64,000 nucleotides of DNA from Magallana gigas (lineage: Eukaryota), in contig NC_088854.1 in NCBI RefSeq assembly GCF_963853765.1, forward strand, positions 14,632,001 through 14,696,000, written 5' to 3'. How positions within the stretch are numbered: the first letter of the stretch is position 1; every line of letters begins with the position of its first letter. Of the stretch, positions 38,442 to 52,721 are shown one piece after another. The position numbers were made by a program, and so were the translations under genes. Under the pieces are notes generated by a model that did not search any database, was not told where the DNA came from, and was given only the letters and a program-made list of their open reading frames with translations.

Positions 38442-41400
38442 ATGGAGGAAAAAGAGGACACTTTTGCCGAGGAAACTGATCCCAGCGACAAAAAACCAAA
38501 GATTCCAGTATTTGGAAATAGAGTGTCAAGTGCGTCCGAAATGAATGGGTCTACAAATCGATCCTTTTCAAATACATCATTTCCCTTTTCGAACTCGTCA
38601 TCGCCGACTGAGATGGATCCTCAGTCCAGTGATATGGAGATACAGATTTACTCCAACTCCAGCTCGTCTGGATATTCTGACAGCTTTACGTCGGAGAGCA
38701 TGCAGATGAAGCTCAGAGAGGACGTGGTCGACGGCAAAGATAACTGTATACCGCTCACAAATGGACCAATCACCCTGTCTCTGATGGAGGCCAAACTCTG
38801 GTACAAATTTTTAGAAGTTGGGACTGAAATGATTATCAACAGAACAGGAAGGTAAAATATGGATGTTTTAACATTTTTGCAGATTTGAACAATTTTTGAA
38901 AACATTTGTTGTATTAATCGCTTGTCGAGTGTTAAAGGACAAACGTTTTGCGTCTGTTTGAAAACTGCTTTCCAATCTTGACCAAATTAGCTGTGTCAGT
39001 TTTGTAGAGATATAGTGGGGAATATAGTTCAAATAACCAAACAAAACCCACCACAAAGAGCATACATGGATGTCTATAATGTAAACACCTGGAAAATGGA
39101 TCAATAATAATCTCCTTTTTGTGTTTAGTGCATAGTTATAATGAGCAAGAAAATTATGAAATTCAGATGATGGGGTTTATTGGTTCTATGTTAAGAGCAG
39201 GGTTCTATAATCATATAGTTCTATGGTTAGAGTTTGGTTCCGTTGTCATGTGGTCCTATGGTAAGAGTCGGGCTCTATAATTATCTGATTCCAAATTTAT
39301 GTTTAGAGTCGGTCTGTGTTATCATGTGGTTCTATGGTTAGAACGGTGTTCTATTATCATATGATTCCATTTTTAGTTTGGTTTTCTATTATCATATGAT
39401 TGTACGGTAAGAATCGGGCTCTGTTATCATGTTGCTATATAGCAAGAGTCGAGTTCTTTTAGCATATAGTTCTATGGTTAGAGTAGGTTTGTATTAAAGT
39501 ACAGTTCTATGGTAAGTGTAAGATTCTATTAGCATGTGGTTCTATGGTTAGAGTCGGGATTTATTATCATATGATGAATGTTTATCAAGATCATGAAATA
39601 CTTTTTTCTTTGCTATTGGGCTTGTAACTCGCAAACTGACGGTTAGGAAGAGCTAAATGTGTTTATTAATATATTGGAACATCGATTTTTGGTTTGCTAG
39701 CAAAATATATCGTTTCGTTTATTTATTTATTATGTATTTAGAGGCCATTATGTTATGGTTGGACTATTTAGTTAAAACGCTGCTGTGATGTCATTCCTTT
39801 GTTCCAGCAGTCTAAAATTTTACCTTTAACAGTCCGATATTATTGAGCTTCTTAATATTTATCTTCTTAATTAATGAGCTTCTTAATATCAGGCCGTTAC
39901 CAGTGGTTACAGTACTGATATACCTCAAAATCGATAAATAAACAATGAAATTCAAAATCAAAGGCAATGCTTTAAGTTTGATATACCGGGTATGCCTCAA
40001 ACACTTCTGTATGGAAAATAGCAAGCAGTACTCGGCCCTGTCGGGCCTCAAAACTATTACCTTTTATACCGAACTGTTCTTGGCATATGTATAAACTGAA
40101 AGGTATTTCTTGAATTAATATCCTATTTTGACTACATTCCAGATCTTTCCCCAAAGACATTATATATTCCTTTTCATGCATCATACATTCGAGCAGCATA
40201 CAAAACAATATTTTACAAAGAACGAATTATGAACAACATTACAAATCATTGTTAATACATGATAAATTGTAGTTCAGCAACGTAAAAATAAAATATGTCA
40301 AAATCAAAGTTTTCTATCTCAAAACGTGACCTTCTCACTTTAGAGAGGAATTCTACTCCTACAAATATTATCAATACATTAGTAACCTTCGTTGTAAATA
40401 TTGTCGTATGTCAATGACACCTTTTAATGTATGTTATCAAACGGGAAATAGTCATTTACACTCATTTACAGTCTAACGCCTAAACCCTGATAGCCTAACC
40501 ATGTAGGTGTTAAATCGGTTACAAATAAAACAACTTGCATGTATAGCCTAGATCATTGGATACTCTCAATCATATACATCGTTTCCTGTTTTTGCAATAC
40601 AATTCTTAAAACGTGGGCCGTCACAACAATTCAATGTTTCTTTTGTAATTTTCATTTTAAACTAGTTTATGTTTATTAAAAATACTCTACAGCTTATCTT
40701 GCGCCAATACCATAATATAACAACTTAATCATTATTATCACGTAATTTAAAGGAATTTTCTTGCAAGTTTAAAGTATGAAATTTACCAAAAATTACTCTT
40801 TGTAAAATTTAAGAATTCTCAATTTATTAAAAAATTTGATAATTTTAGACGGTCTTTTACAGTAGATTTTGATAACCAACCATTTAATTCAACAGCGCAT
40901 GCTCATCAATTGTAAACAATGCAGTGTGGCTTTCAGCAAGAGGGTGAAAAAAAACCGCCAGGAATTCCGACAGATTTGGCAATAAAAGGAACAAAAGATG
41001 TGGAGACAATGCAAACTTTACATGTATATTCTGTAAGAGATAAAAAGGTTAATCGACTTTTGTCATCAATACATTATTATATTATAAGAATATTTTAACA
41101 TCTAGATCCGCGAGTATTTCCATTTCCCATCTTTTTAGGTGCCTGATTTGAAATAACGTTTTGAGGTTGTACCAAATGTAGTTTCTTGACACTAAGAGTG
41201 AAGACGCTTTACTTGTCGTGCATGGTCCTGTGCATGAATTACTGTGACTTCAGTTTAGTTAAAAAAAATCCATAATTGTTATTCAGGTATAGTCTGTCGC
41301 AATTATATTACTTGATAAGATTTGGCCTCCAACTGACACCCACACTTCCGGTGTCTGAACTGACATATTTTGTGCTTATGGCACAAGTACAGGCAAAGTC

Positions 41401-44400
41401 AAGAGAAAGCGGATTCATTAACAAATCATTAACACTTCATGACATAACATAAAATGGTGTACCCTCCTCTCCAAACAAACATAGCAACTTCTACTTGTTA
41501 GAATCATACTTTATTTTCCAAAAAAAAAAATTATGTAACAAGGAATCGTTTTAACTCCAGGCTCTTAAATTACTATATAGATGGCCAAATAAGGACATAT
41601 TGTCATTGGATAGTTATTTTAACACCGAACATTGATTTATTGAATCCCATAACAAAAATAATTAAGATATACAGAGATTATGTAAGATATTCTATCTTGT
41701 TTGTGAGGTAAATATTTTAAAGACTGTGCATAAACATGATTTGAAGTTTTTTATGAATTAGTGAAGTTAAAAGAAAGCCAAAACAAAACAACAAACTTAG
41801 CGACAATCTAAACTGATACCTTTAAAAACTTGAGATTTTTTTTTGCTGAAATATGCAAAGTAGCTAGGGGAAAGTACTCGGCTAACTTAACAGGTGACCT
41901 TGCTATGGCTCTTCTTTAAATTTAGCGTCAAAATACGTCGTTCGATTGGAACAGTATCGTCTTCTTCTTTAAAACATCTAGATTAATCGTGTCTTTTGTA
42001 TTAGACTGCAGGGGCTCGAGTGATTATATTGTAAATATCCATTGATTCTTTAAAATTCTACTCAAGTATTGGGTATTAAGTAAGCAAACGGACTGTATCG
42101 TTGAAAGAAGCAAGGAATCCTCTACTTCATTTGCGGAATTTAAGGTCATATTGTCAAGGGTTATTCTTTTAAGTTTAGGCTGAATTGACCATTAAATAAA
42201 TATGTAATTATTCTCCAAGAATTTTCTTTACCTAGGCATCAATCAGACAAAAATGGTCATAAAATAAAAATGTTATTTTTACATTTAGCTTGTTTAGCAA
42301 GGAAACAAAATGGAACGAAGAAACAAAAACAGCAAACGAAGAAACCAAACCAAAATCTGTTCATGTATCTTTACTGGGTTCAAGACTATCCAAAGAATAT
42401 ATTGATTCTGATATGAGTGACTATACATTAAATTGAAAGATTATTTGATACTCGACATATTCTTAACTTTTTCGTATTTTCTTACTAAACGGGTTGCAAG
42501 TTATTCGATTGGTAATTCTGTAATGAATGTACATCCCTAATATTTATATTGTCAACAAAACAGAACACCTTTTTGTTTGTCACTGACTTTATACGGAGAT
42601 TTTTCGGCATTGCCTTGCCTTTTGTGAACTTTTCATCAAGTCTTTATATATGATAATGGCCCCTCTCATTTCTTAAGGTACGATCAAATGGAATAGATCA
42701 ATGTTTACCAAACGTTTGTTTCAGGAGAATGTTCCCGTACGTGGAATTTTCACTAAGAGGTGTGGATCCTGTTGGATTATACGACGTTATCTTTGACATC
42801 ATCCCAGCAAGCAATAAATGTTTCAAGTTTTTAAACAACAAATGGGTGCGCATTGGCAAAAAAGAACACGAATTCAAGACACAGCCTTTTAAACATCCCG
42901 ATTCGCCAAGAACCGGTTCGGAGTGGATGACCAGAAAAATATCCTTTGAAAAAGTAAAGCTCTCAAACAGGCCTGGATCAAAATCGGGAATAGTAAGTAC
43001 ATTACAAATTCATTATCAATACACAAGTAATGATGAATCATTCTTTGACTTTTTACGGATATACATATGGGTCCTCATGTAATTATTCCTTATTCTTTTT
43101 GGTCATATTTTAAGATTGATGTACGATTTTAAATGATAACGTTTTTACATTATTGTCGATATGTATGGTAAATGAAAACCCAAATAAGTGTTGCTATACA
43201 ATCCGCAATTTATTTAATAAGGTAAACACACATTTAAATTATTTTTGCAAAATCGACATGGTAAATGAGTTTATATACTTATATATTTATGTGGAAACCA
43301 GCTCCATCTTGCTTAATTTTTACACCTGTAAAACACTACAAGTCATGATTTGATGAATATTGTCATCTATTAATGACGAAGATAAACTACTAACTAAAAA
43401 TAAACTACCTTAGCTACTAAGGATATCCCAGATAAGCATAAACATACTTATTAGGCACCTAATTTAAGACAGGCAGCCGGATCTCCCTAAAGACTAAGTA
43501 AGACATAATCATCGTTAATAAAATACACATTTAGAATGTGGGAGATCCCAAGGTAACATATATACAAACAAGTCTATAACAATGGCAGGGGAATCTCCCT
43601 GTCATATGAATAACCAAAACAACGTAAAAATTAAGGTGGCATATACAAAACATTTTGACACATAATACAATGTCAATTGGATTCCGCCACCCATTTCACT
43701 GATCATCTGGTCAATTTTGCCTTCCATATAACCTATTTATCCCTGTGTCTGAAATAAGTTGAATAACGAACTGACCACAGAATTCTATTCGCTATTTGAA
43801 TAGTGAATAGCGAAAAGCGAATAGAACTCCAACTTCTGAATGCCAATATGCAATATGTATTTTTTATTTTTTCCATCAGTTTTCTCTCCACACCCAACAG
43901 AAGTACTTGGTGCGAATTTCCCTCGTAAAGCATGAGAAGGGGGGCGAAGTGTCGGTAGTGGAGTATCCCATCCAAGCTACTACATTCGTTGCCGTCACTG
44001 CCTACAACAACAGAGAGGTTGCGGACTTAAAAATAAACAGTAACCCATATTCCAAGGCTTTTAGATATCCTGTGAAAAGGTACAAACAGTTCCATGTCTG
44101 GACATTTGTGTAAAGTCATAACTGACTTAAAATGTTCATGTAAATGTTTAATGATTTGGTCGTCTTTTTAGAATGAAGATCCAATCATTCATACCTAATC
44201 AAGAAAGAACGCATGCCACCAAAAATGGTGCAAAAAAGAAATCCGTGATCGCCAATATTCAAAACTATCAAAAGGTTCTTCAACAGAAGTAAGTATCAAA
44301 TCGCTGATTATGAATATTTGTATACAGAGAAATCTTATTGTAAACTTTATTACATTTCAAAAGTTCATGTCTGCTAAAAGACGGGTAACTTTTTACAAAC

Positions 44401-47400
44401 TCCACACAAAGGATATTTAAAATGGTATCATTGAATGACATTTATACAGCAATTTACATGCAACTATCAAATCAAGTAACTTTATTGTAAAAACTGGACA
44501 TGGCAAATCTCCGGTCAAGATACAATCATTTTTTAGGAGGAATAAATACGGTTTCTTGGAATCATTCATACCGACTTATGTATTGGTATAAGCGATAATG
44601 TAAAATTATATAAGATAACAGTAGGTTCAGGACACTTGCGCTGCGGGTCATAACGATGGCATCATTTCAATTCAGTAATTTATCTGTGTTAAAGAGTTAA
44701 CGACATAAAATGAATATGACATGACTGGTCTTTCGTTCTCTTGCGGTACAGTAAGAATTAGAATTTGTTAGTGGTCGCGGTGCCAATTCGAAGTAAAATT
44801 ATGAACGGGACTAAAGACTTACATGTAATTTTAACTGTATATTATTTGTTGTGAAAGTATTATAAAAAAGTAACTGAATATTATAGCTAAATTTCCTGTA
44901 AAGTTTCTTTATTTTTTATTTCAGTCTTCCAATTGACGTTTCCCCAATAAATAAAAAAGCAAAAACAAGTAAGTGTCTTCAATGAGAAAACTTTACCTGA
45001 TGAATCTGTTACACATTACCCTGCACAGCAAAGCGCTGGTTCAGTTGTTCGATTTTGTCATTTACTGTATTTGAATGCCATTTAAAATGTATTAAAATCA
45101 TTCAAAGAAATAGATTTATAATATTAATACCAGCTCCTGCAGCGTGATTCATTAATCAGAATAAAGTCTGTTTACTCAGGCTGGTCACATATTTACATAA
45201 AATGACCGTAGTAACCTAAATGTTTGTTATATTTAGATTTTAACTCTGTAGAATTTAAATTTCATTTGATGTTTAGATTTTTTCTATATTACATGCACCA
45301 CTCAGTGTTGATTCAGTAATATCTTCAATATCCACATTCTATTGTTTTTTGCTTCCATTCCATTGCTTCTGTTTACAGGCTATGTCTCATCGGAAACGAA
45401 AAACGAAAAGGGCATTCAAACAGATATATCAATGGCGGATATTCAGTCGTGGTATAAATTTTTAGCAAGTAAGAACCCTTTATCAACTCATTTCCTTTTT
45501 TCAATCATTGCATTAATTTCATGTGTAATTTACATGATAAAAAATGAAATATGACTCAAAGAAATTCTCAAAAACATTTTTAATCTATGGTTGCCGTAAA
45601 TACAAAAATATGCAAAGTGCATATGTAATTAAATAATAGGTCATTACTTTACAATGTTTGAAAATTATTAGGCCAAATTTTTCTTTCCATGTAAAAAAAT
45701 TATACAACTAGGCGTTGAAATACTTAACCATGATGATAAATTATATTTTTGACCATTCACTTTTTTGTTTAAATACATGATTATATAATAGAGTATTATA
45801 AAACTTGTCATCAGGCAGTGGAGTTTAAAAATTTATTCATTTGTTAATGATTATTTTCAAAATGTAGATAATCAGTGACTATGCTTGCCCACCAAATATC
45901 AATACTAACATTCATATAGAATTCATCTGAAAACGTACATGTACCTTTCAATTTGTTTTAATAAATTCTTAATTTTCTTGCAATTTGTTGTAAATGTATA
46001 ATAAAAACATCCTTTCTTCTTCCTTGCCAAGTAGTTTGATTAATTAAATCACTACTACACAAACTCCCAATAATAATTGATAATGCCCCATTACCCCCCA
46101 CTCTCAAATCCGGCTCGAGAATATAATTGGCAACATCTGTAATTAAACTTAGAATCGATTAACATCCATACAGGGCTTTATTGCCGACAATTCTCTTACC
46201 AACAACTTATGTAACGAATTTGTTTACGTCATAGATTCATTAAACAAATATTCGTTTGTTTAAAGAATTTGTTTACGTCGTAGATTCATTTAAAAACAAT
46301 ATAGTAAACCACTTTATGTATATCCGCATAAAGTGATTGCATACAGAAGGGGAATTGTTGAAAATAATTGTCGTGAAATACATGTATACTGTAGTTTGTT
46401 ATAAGAATTCCGTAAAGTATACAAGTTAAACTGTATTTACCTGCATTATTAATATTACATAAATCTTCTAGACATCATTGTACTTGTATTTACAGGTCCT
46501 CTTGCCATGAGCTTCTTTGAAATGAACGTTCCTTTACCCATCTTTCCACACGTGAACGGCAACATCTGTGAACAAGGTTTTTGCACTCTTTTGAGTTAAT
46601 GGACAATGTCGGTTTGCTTCTTCATTTTTGCCTCCGTTTACTTTTTTTTGCAATCACTTGAAAACAAGTATTTTGAATTTGTCATAGAGAGTTGATAAGA
46701 AGAATCTTTAATATCACCGTACTTTGTAAACGAATTCCATGCATTTAAAGAAAGAATAAAGACATAATCAAACACTAATACCTTCTTTCATAACATAAAT
46801 ATTTCGCCAAGAACATATTTTCTTGTTAACTAACTCTACGACAAATTACAGTTATGATTGTTCCATGTCATATTTCAGAATACTGTGTCTTTTTTCTTTC
46901 ATTTCGTTATGAGACAAGACTAAAGGGGAAATGGGAGGTATCTTCTTTAAGCGAAAATGCAGAGGTTCCAACTTTGTTTTCAATTTTTCGAATTCCATTG
47001 CATGGTTTTGATAATAAAATATAAGAATGTTGTGTACTTTTAATAAAACCTTGCCCATTCAGAATCCTACAATGGATACAATGGAAATAATGGCGCCTTT
47101 TTACGTCGGAGATTTCTTGTTCCCCCATCAGCAACCTCATCATGTATGTATCTTCTTGATTTGGACTCTGCTTGCGTAAGTATTCTGATGCCACTATTGA
47201 GCCGCCACTGTCTGAACCTGGTCATCATTTTTTATATTCTTAGCATCTGACAATCAGAACGACGAAGAGATGCAAAACAAAATCATTAAAAGGGACATTG
47301 CCAGGGAGGAACGAAAAATGCAACATGATGCCAGATTAGAAAGTAAAATATTGCAAAAACTATAGTCAAATAACAATTATTTAAATCGTCAGTTATCAAT

Positions 47401-49429
47401 GTTTGTCATTGTTTTTCAGGCATGTGTTTTGCTGTTTCTCTTGAAAATTGTATCTTCGATATTTATGCATGTACATTTTGGCAATAAGATCGCGAAAGAA
47501 CATAACAATACATACCGAATAAGCGGCGCTAGTTGTATCAGAAAACACTGTAAATATGTCAAAGGTTGCTGATGGGCTGTTAGAAGCAATAGGAGATGTT
47601 CATGTTAGGTATGTTAATGGTGTTTCATATATATTTAATAACACATGTGGTTATCATATTCATTTAGCATCGGATATAAAAGACGACGTTCAGAAACATA
47701 TCGGCCGCGAACGTACGACAGAGGAGCGCTTGGAACAGTACAAATCAAGGATGGAAAGCAAGTCTAATCATCAGTTTTGTTTACTTATATGCATATGTAA
47801 ATAAATGTATACAACACTATGCCGGATAATTATGCCAGTGCAAAGGGGGGGGGGGGTATTTTTGCATCCATTTAAAATGGACTTTAATCTAATATATTGT
47901 TTCATGAAAATCCATTTTTACCCGATAAGAGACCATAAATTGTTTTGAGTATATAGCCACTTTTGTTTTCAGAGTGTCTCACAGGTGGTATATTTAACTG
48001 TAGAAATTATTATCTGAAAGGAAAATAATTTTTGTCATACTTATCCGGCACAGTGTTATCTATGAAATAAAGCTGCATAGTCTGAACATTTAGGTTATAT
48101 AGTGTCAAAGGAATTTTCAAACAAGCATGTTCTCTTAATAAGTAATAACCTTCACCAAAGTAGACAAGGATTCCGGAAATATTTCGATCATACTAATATT
48201 TTTATTAAATCAAAACATTTTTGGCAGCACAAGAAAAAACTACCTAGCGCATGTGCGATCGAAATAAAAAAAAATATGACACTACTTTTGACAAGACAAC
48301 GCTTTTTTATGCTAATAAAGTGAAACAGAAAAGAAAATAATCACCTCAATAATTTGATTATTTTTCAATATCTTTAACTTTTTTATAAGGATATTTTTTC
48401 AACATATTTTTAAATCAGTGTATTGAATTTCAAATAGACATTGCTTATAAATACAAAACAAAACAGGTTATCTTCACAGTGTTCATGACGCGTTACTCTC
48501 CGGTTCATTCAATTTTAACAAACTACAAGGGGATACTATTATCTATGTTTCTGACAAAGCTGTTTATCTAACGTGTGGCAAATATTGTAAGAATTTCTTT
48601 TTGTTTCTCAATAATAATTGAAGATAGCCTCGCAATAAGCTTATATCCAGTCAGTATTACTATTAATTACCAACTTTTTGACTGACACAGAACACTGCAA
48701 CAAGCATAGTGATCATAGTGGGGCCTTTTTACCAAGAAGGTTCCTCATACCCGCAGAGACTATATCATGTGAGTAAATTTCTCATTAGAATTGAAAGAAA
48801 TATATACGTGGAATTGAGAAGGAAGTCTTGTTCACCTTCATCCTAAAAATCTTAAATGAAAAGTGTTTTCGTATTTGTGTTAACAGCATCAGATAATCAA
48901 AAGGAGGAGGAGATGCAGAACAAAAATAACAGCCGGGAACGGACAACGCGAGAGGAACGACTGGAGGAATACAACGCTAGGATTGAGAGTAAGACGACCT
49001 ACATGTATAGCTAGAATTTTCAATATAAAAAATGTTACACTGCATAAAAGATTAATGTACCCCTTGTTTTTTTTTTTACCCCTCTACATTTTCAAACGTT
49101 TTCGCCCCATCTTGCATTTGCCCCATAGACAGATAGGAATGAAAACTCTTTCTAATTAACAGAGATTTTAAATACTTGTTTTGGATTTGCAAACTCTTAA
49201 ATTGGCAACGATATTAAATTGGACGGAATTTAAACGATGACAAATATTTTTGTGTGCATTGTTATTTTTAAATAAGGCTATTTGACTTAGTGTTGTTTAT
49301 GGAAGTTGTTTTTAGGTCCTACAAAGATTCAAAAGTTTTGGTAACTGACCGACATGATTGCTTTTTATAGCAAAAATATTACAAATGAATTTTTTTCTTT
49401 TTGAAGTGTGGAAAAGAGACAAAGATTAG
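38442..49429 (+). CDS. Divergent T-box transcription factor, paralogue 2 (up to about 560 aa)
   Basis: Exons 38442-38851, 42725-42992, 43880-44079, 44172-44288, 44925-44968, 45379-45468, 46496-46576, 47063-47143, 47244-47342, 47668-47757 (GC donor), 48691-48768, 48887-48988 and 49407-49429 total 1683 nt, in frame. Exons 2, 3 and 5 have the same lengths (268, 200, 44) and phases as in paralogue 1. Confidence 0.88.
39180..39575. repeat. Degenerate about 35-bp minisatellite in T-box 2 intron 1
   Basis: Recurring ttctatggttagagtcgg.ttct.ttatcat motif. Confidence 0.7.
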
Positions 49430-51222
49430 CATACAGCTGAAACCACCCATGTTGTAATCAGCTGACTTTACTGATGAAGGAAGAGAGATCTCGACAAATG
49501 CGATTATTTAAAATTCAACGATTTTTGTTGTTGTTGTAAATGAAATTGATATTTATTGGTTATTTTACAAGGAATTTTTCTTGTCATTTTAGTGAAACAT
49601 TTTTAGATATTTAAGATGTTTTTTTATACCCATTGATATGAACAAATAGAATAATGTCTCTTTTAATCAGATTTGATAAAAGAAAAGGGACATGTAAAAT
49701 TCCGATATATTTTGGTTAAAAAGTTTAAAACAGAAAGACTGGCAACATGAAAACTTATTACATAAACGAGTATAAAGATGTAGCATTGAAGATTGACATT
49801 TTTTTCTACATGTGGTCGCAGGAAATGGACACTGATAAAATTGAAAGTTGTTTATGTAATATATGTTAATGTTATGTGATTTTTTAAAGAACAGAACAGA
49901 GACATGATTTGATTTTGATTATCAGTAGACACAAATTCGTAGCTTTAAATTTACAAAATCTACAGCATTTAAGGCAAGCTCAATGTATATATTTTATAGC
50001 ATCATGAAAAGAAAAAATAGTTTTATATGCTATCATATTTAGCAATATCAAGTTATACGTGAGATAAGCCGTGCTCATCTATCTTCCTTGCACATATGCA
50101 TGTTTTGAGTTAGGACAATTTGCTTTTACTACAATATTATGTCACGTGTCCTCTATTGTTGTATTTGTATGGCATTATTTTTTTTATTTTTTGCTAACAA
50201 TTACTTGTGACTTTCCAAAAGTAGTAATTACATATTTCTTTTTAAAATAGTGTAAATAAAATTTCTGATAAGAATTGAAAGGTTATTGCACATTGATGTT
50301 ATGGTTCTGTTTAAGCAGGTGGTTTTTAGTCTGTTCAATATTCAAAGAGCTCTTTGTGAAATTTCAGTGAAGCCTATTACTTTACTTTTAGATGCAATCG
50401 ATTTTGCAATCTGGCTATTTATGTCTTTGATAAGATAGTATTAACATTGTTTGTCAGTGACAACCCAGTGAAAATGCTACTATTTAATTACTTTGATGAC
50501 TATGATATCAGTGCCTTGGTGAAATCGCTTCCAGCTTTACTTTCATTTCATTATTTATTTTCATCATGAGTTACAGTGTCTATCATACAGATGTACGTAG
50601 TTTTATTCAGTGTTGTATTCTGTAATCTTTTACATTTTAGTATTTACTTCATACATGCATTTGCATTACAATTTAAAAAAAAAACAAAAGCAAAAAACAT
50701 TTTTCGAGTTAATGGCAACTCATCTGCTTTATAAACACCTTTATTTGCAAATGCTTGACAAAGGAAATTCGAAAATTGTCTTTAAAAAAATTAACCACAG
50801 GTGAACAAGTTTTTGTGCTGTTACATTAAAAAACAAATAAAAATTCGATTTACCGTTAGAAATACTCACCGTTTATTCTTTTTTTCGGTCCCTGTCTTAT
50901 AGGGCGGGATGGTTGTAGCTATTTTTAGCTAAATGTACCGAAACGTACAGAAAAGCTCTTTCTCAAGATAGAGTAAAATATTTGAATTTTCTTTACTAAA
51001 TTATAGTCTGAAAAAAAAATATCATATGTTCAAGTTTAAGGCAGATCTGATGATCAGAACTTTTAACTTTACCGCTCGTGTACTTGTACAAATTTCCCCC
51101 ACTTGTAAATAACAATTTTTTGTTTAAAACTTTTTTAAGGCGTTTGATATAGTACATGAATTGCCTTTAACTTATTTTTAACTATTAAATATCGATGTTG
51201 TGTGTTACACTGATATGAGCCC

Positions 51223-51259
<37 letters not shown>

Positions 51260-51373
51260 ATTCTGATCACATTTTGTCCGTCGTCCGTCCGTCCGTCCGT
51301 CTGTCCGTCCGTCTGTCCGTCTGTCCGTCTGTAAACTTTTTACATTTTGAACTTCTTCTCTAAAACCGCTTAT

Positions 51374-51405
<32 letters not shown>

Positions 51406-51620
51406 TTATGGGAGGGCGAATATAAATTGCAGAAATAAAAGTCCGATCTGTATTCAAAGCGGAGAAAACCTTGAAACTGTAGAAAAAGGGGGGTGCATTT
51501 TTAAAAATCTTCTTCTCAAGAACTACCGAGTTAATCTTAACGTAGTTTAGCATAAATCATCCTTAGGGAAAGGAAAATATAAATTGCAAAAATTATAGGC
51601 GATTTCTGTTCCAAATTTGA
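51223..51620 (+). mobile_element. Truncated oyster HINE / Helitron-N2-type element (5' part)
   Basis: ttttagctcacctgagctgaaagctcaagtgagct head followed by a (GTCC/GTCT)n microsatellite and aaatcttcttctc. Confidence 0.8.
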
Positions 51621-52721
51621 GATAATTGCGAAAATACTTATAAAGAATGGCTCGTTATTCCATATGCCGTAGACTGGCAATTCATTGCGATAGACTGGTC
51701 TTATGACAGGCATCGCCAGTCTACCGCATCTCGAAAACGAGGTTCTTTGTTTGAAGCTGGCAGTTTGTTGTGCAACAGTTCACGTGCGAAAATAATCTAT
51801 GAAACATGGAAATAACATTGGTGCCGATTATTGTGAAGTAAATTGAGGTTAAATATTTCAAAGCGTTGTCATTTTCACTTGTGATGTTGGTTTTAGCTTG
51901 TTTTCATTTTTTCGTTTCATTTTGCTTTTTAACTTGGGAAACAATCGCCTTGTATTTGGAACATAGACTTCGGTAAATGTTTACCTGCGAAAATGATAAA
52001 ATCTGATGCATTAACAACGTACTAAAGTGCATTTCCCTCTGTTTTTATTGTTTATTAATTAATTTTCTAATTGTTCCAACAAGGATCAAACACGTGTGTT
52101 GGTGTTAGCTTGTTCGGATTTTCGTTTCGTTTCATTATTTACGCTTTTAAACCTGGAAACTATCGTCTACAGGTATTTCGTGATTTTTACGTATCAATTC
52201 AAACAGAGACTTCGGTAAATCAAACAGTTAACTGTTTACCTGCGCAAATTAAGCAAAATCTGATGTAGGGGTACTGAAATACAATTCCTTCTATCGGTAA
52301 TTCGGCATTTTCTTTTGCGTAATGGTAGATTAATGCAATAGATTTTGTTGAGATGCTCGACATTTTCTCGAGTTTATTCAGTTTAAATAGAGTTTGATAT
52401 CGCTGACGGAAATATGTAGGTATATACATGTATATATATATATGATTCATTTCGATAAAATAAATTGTGTTCTTTATTTGTTATAGTGCATGTTTCTTGT
52501 GTTTAATTGTTTACAATTTCTATTTACTAACCATATTTGAGTGTTAAGCTTCGAATTATAAGCAAGATACAAAGATTTGCTCACAATTCTATGTTTGTAC
52601 ACAGATCTTAAAAACTAAAGATGAAAAAAGTAAAATAATTGTCAATATTTATTAAGAAAATGTTCAAAGTCTGTTCTTCCAGAAACCAACTTTAACAACT
52701 TATTGTATTGTAAACTTAATC

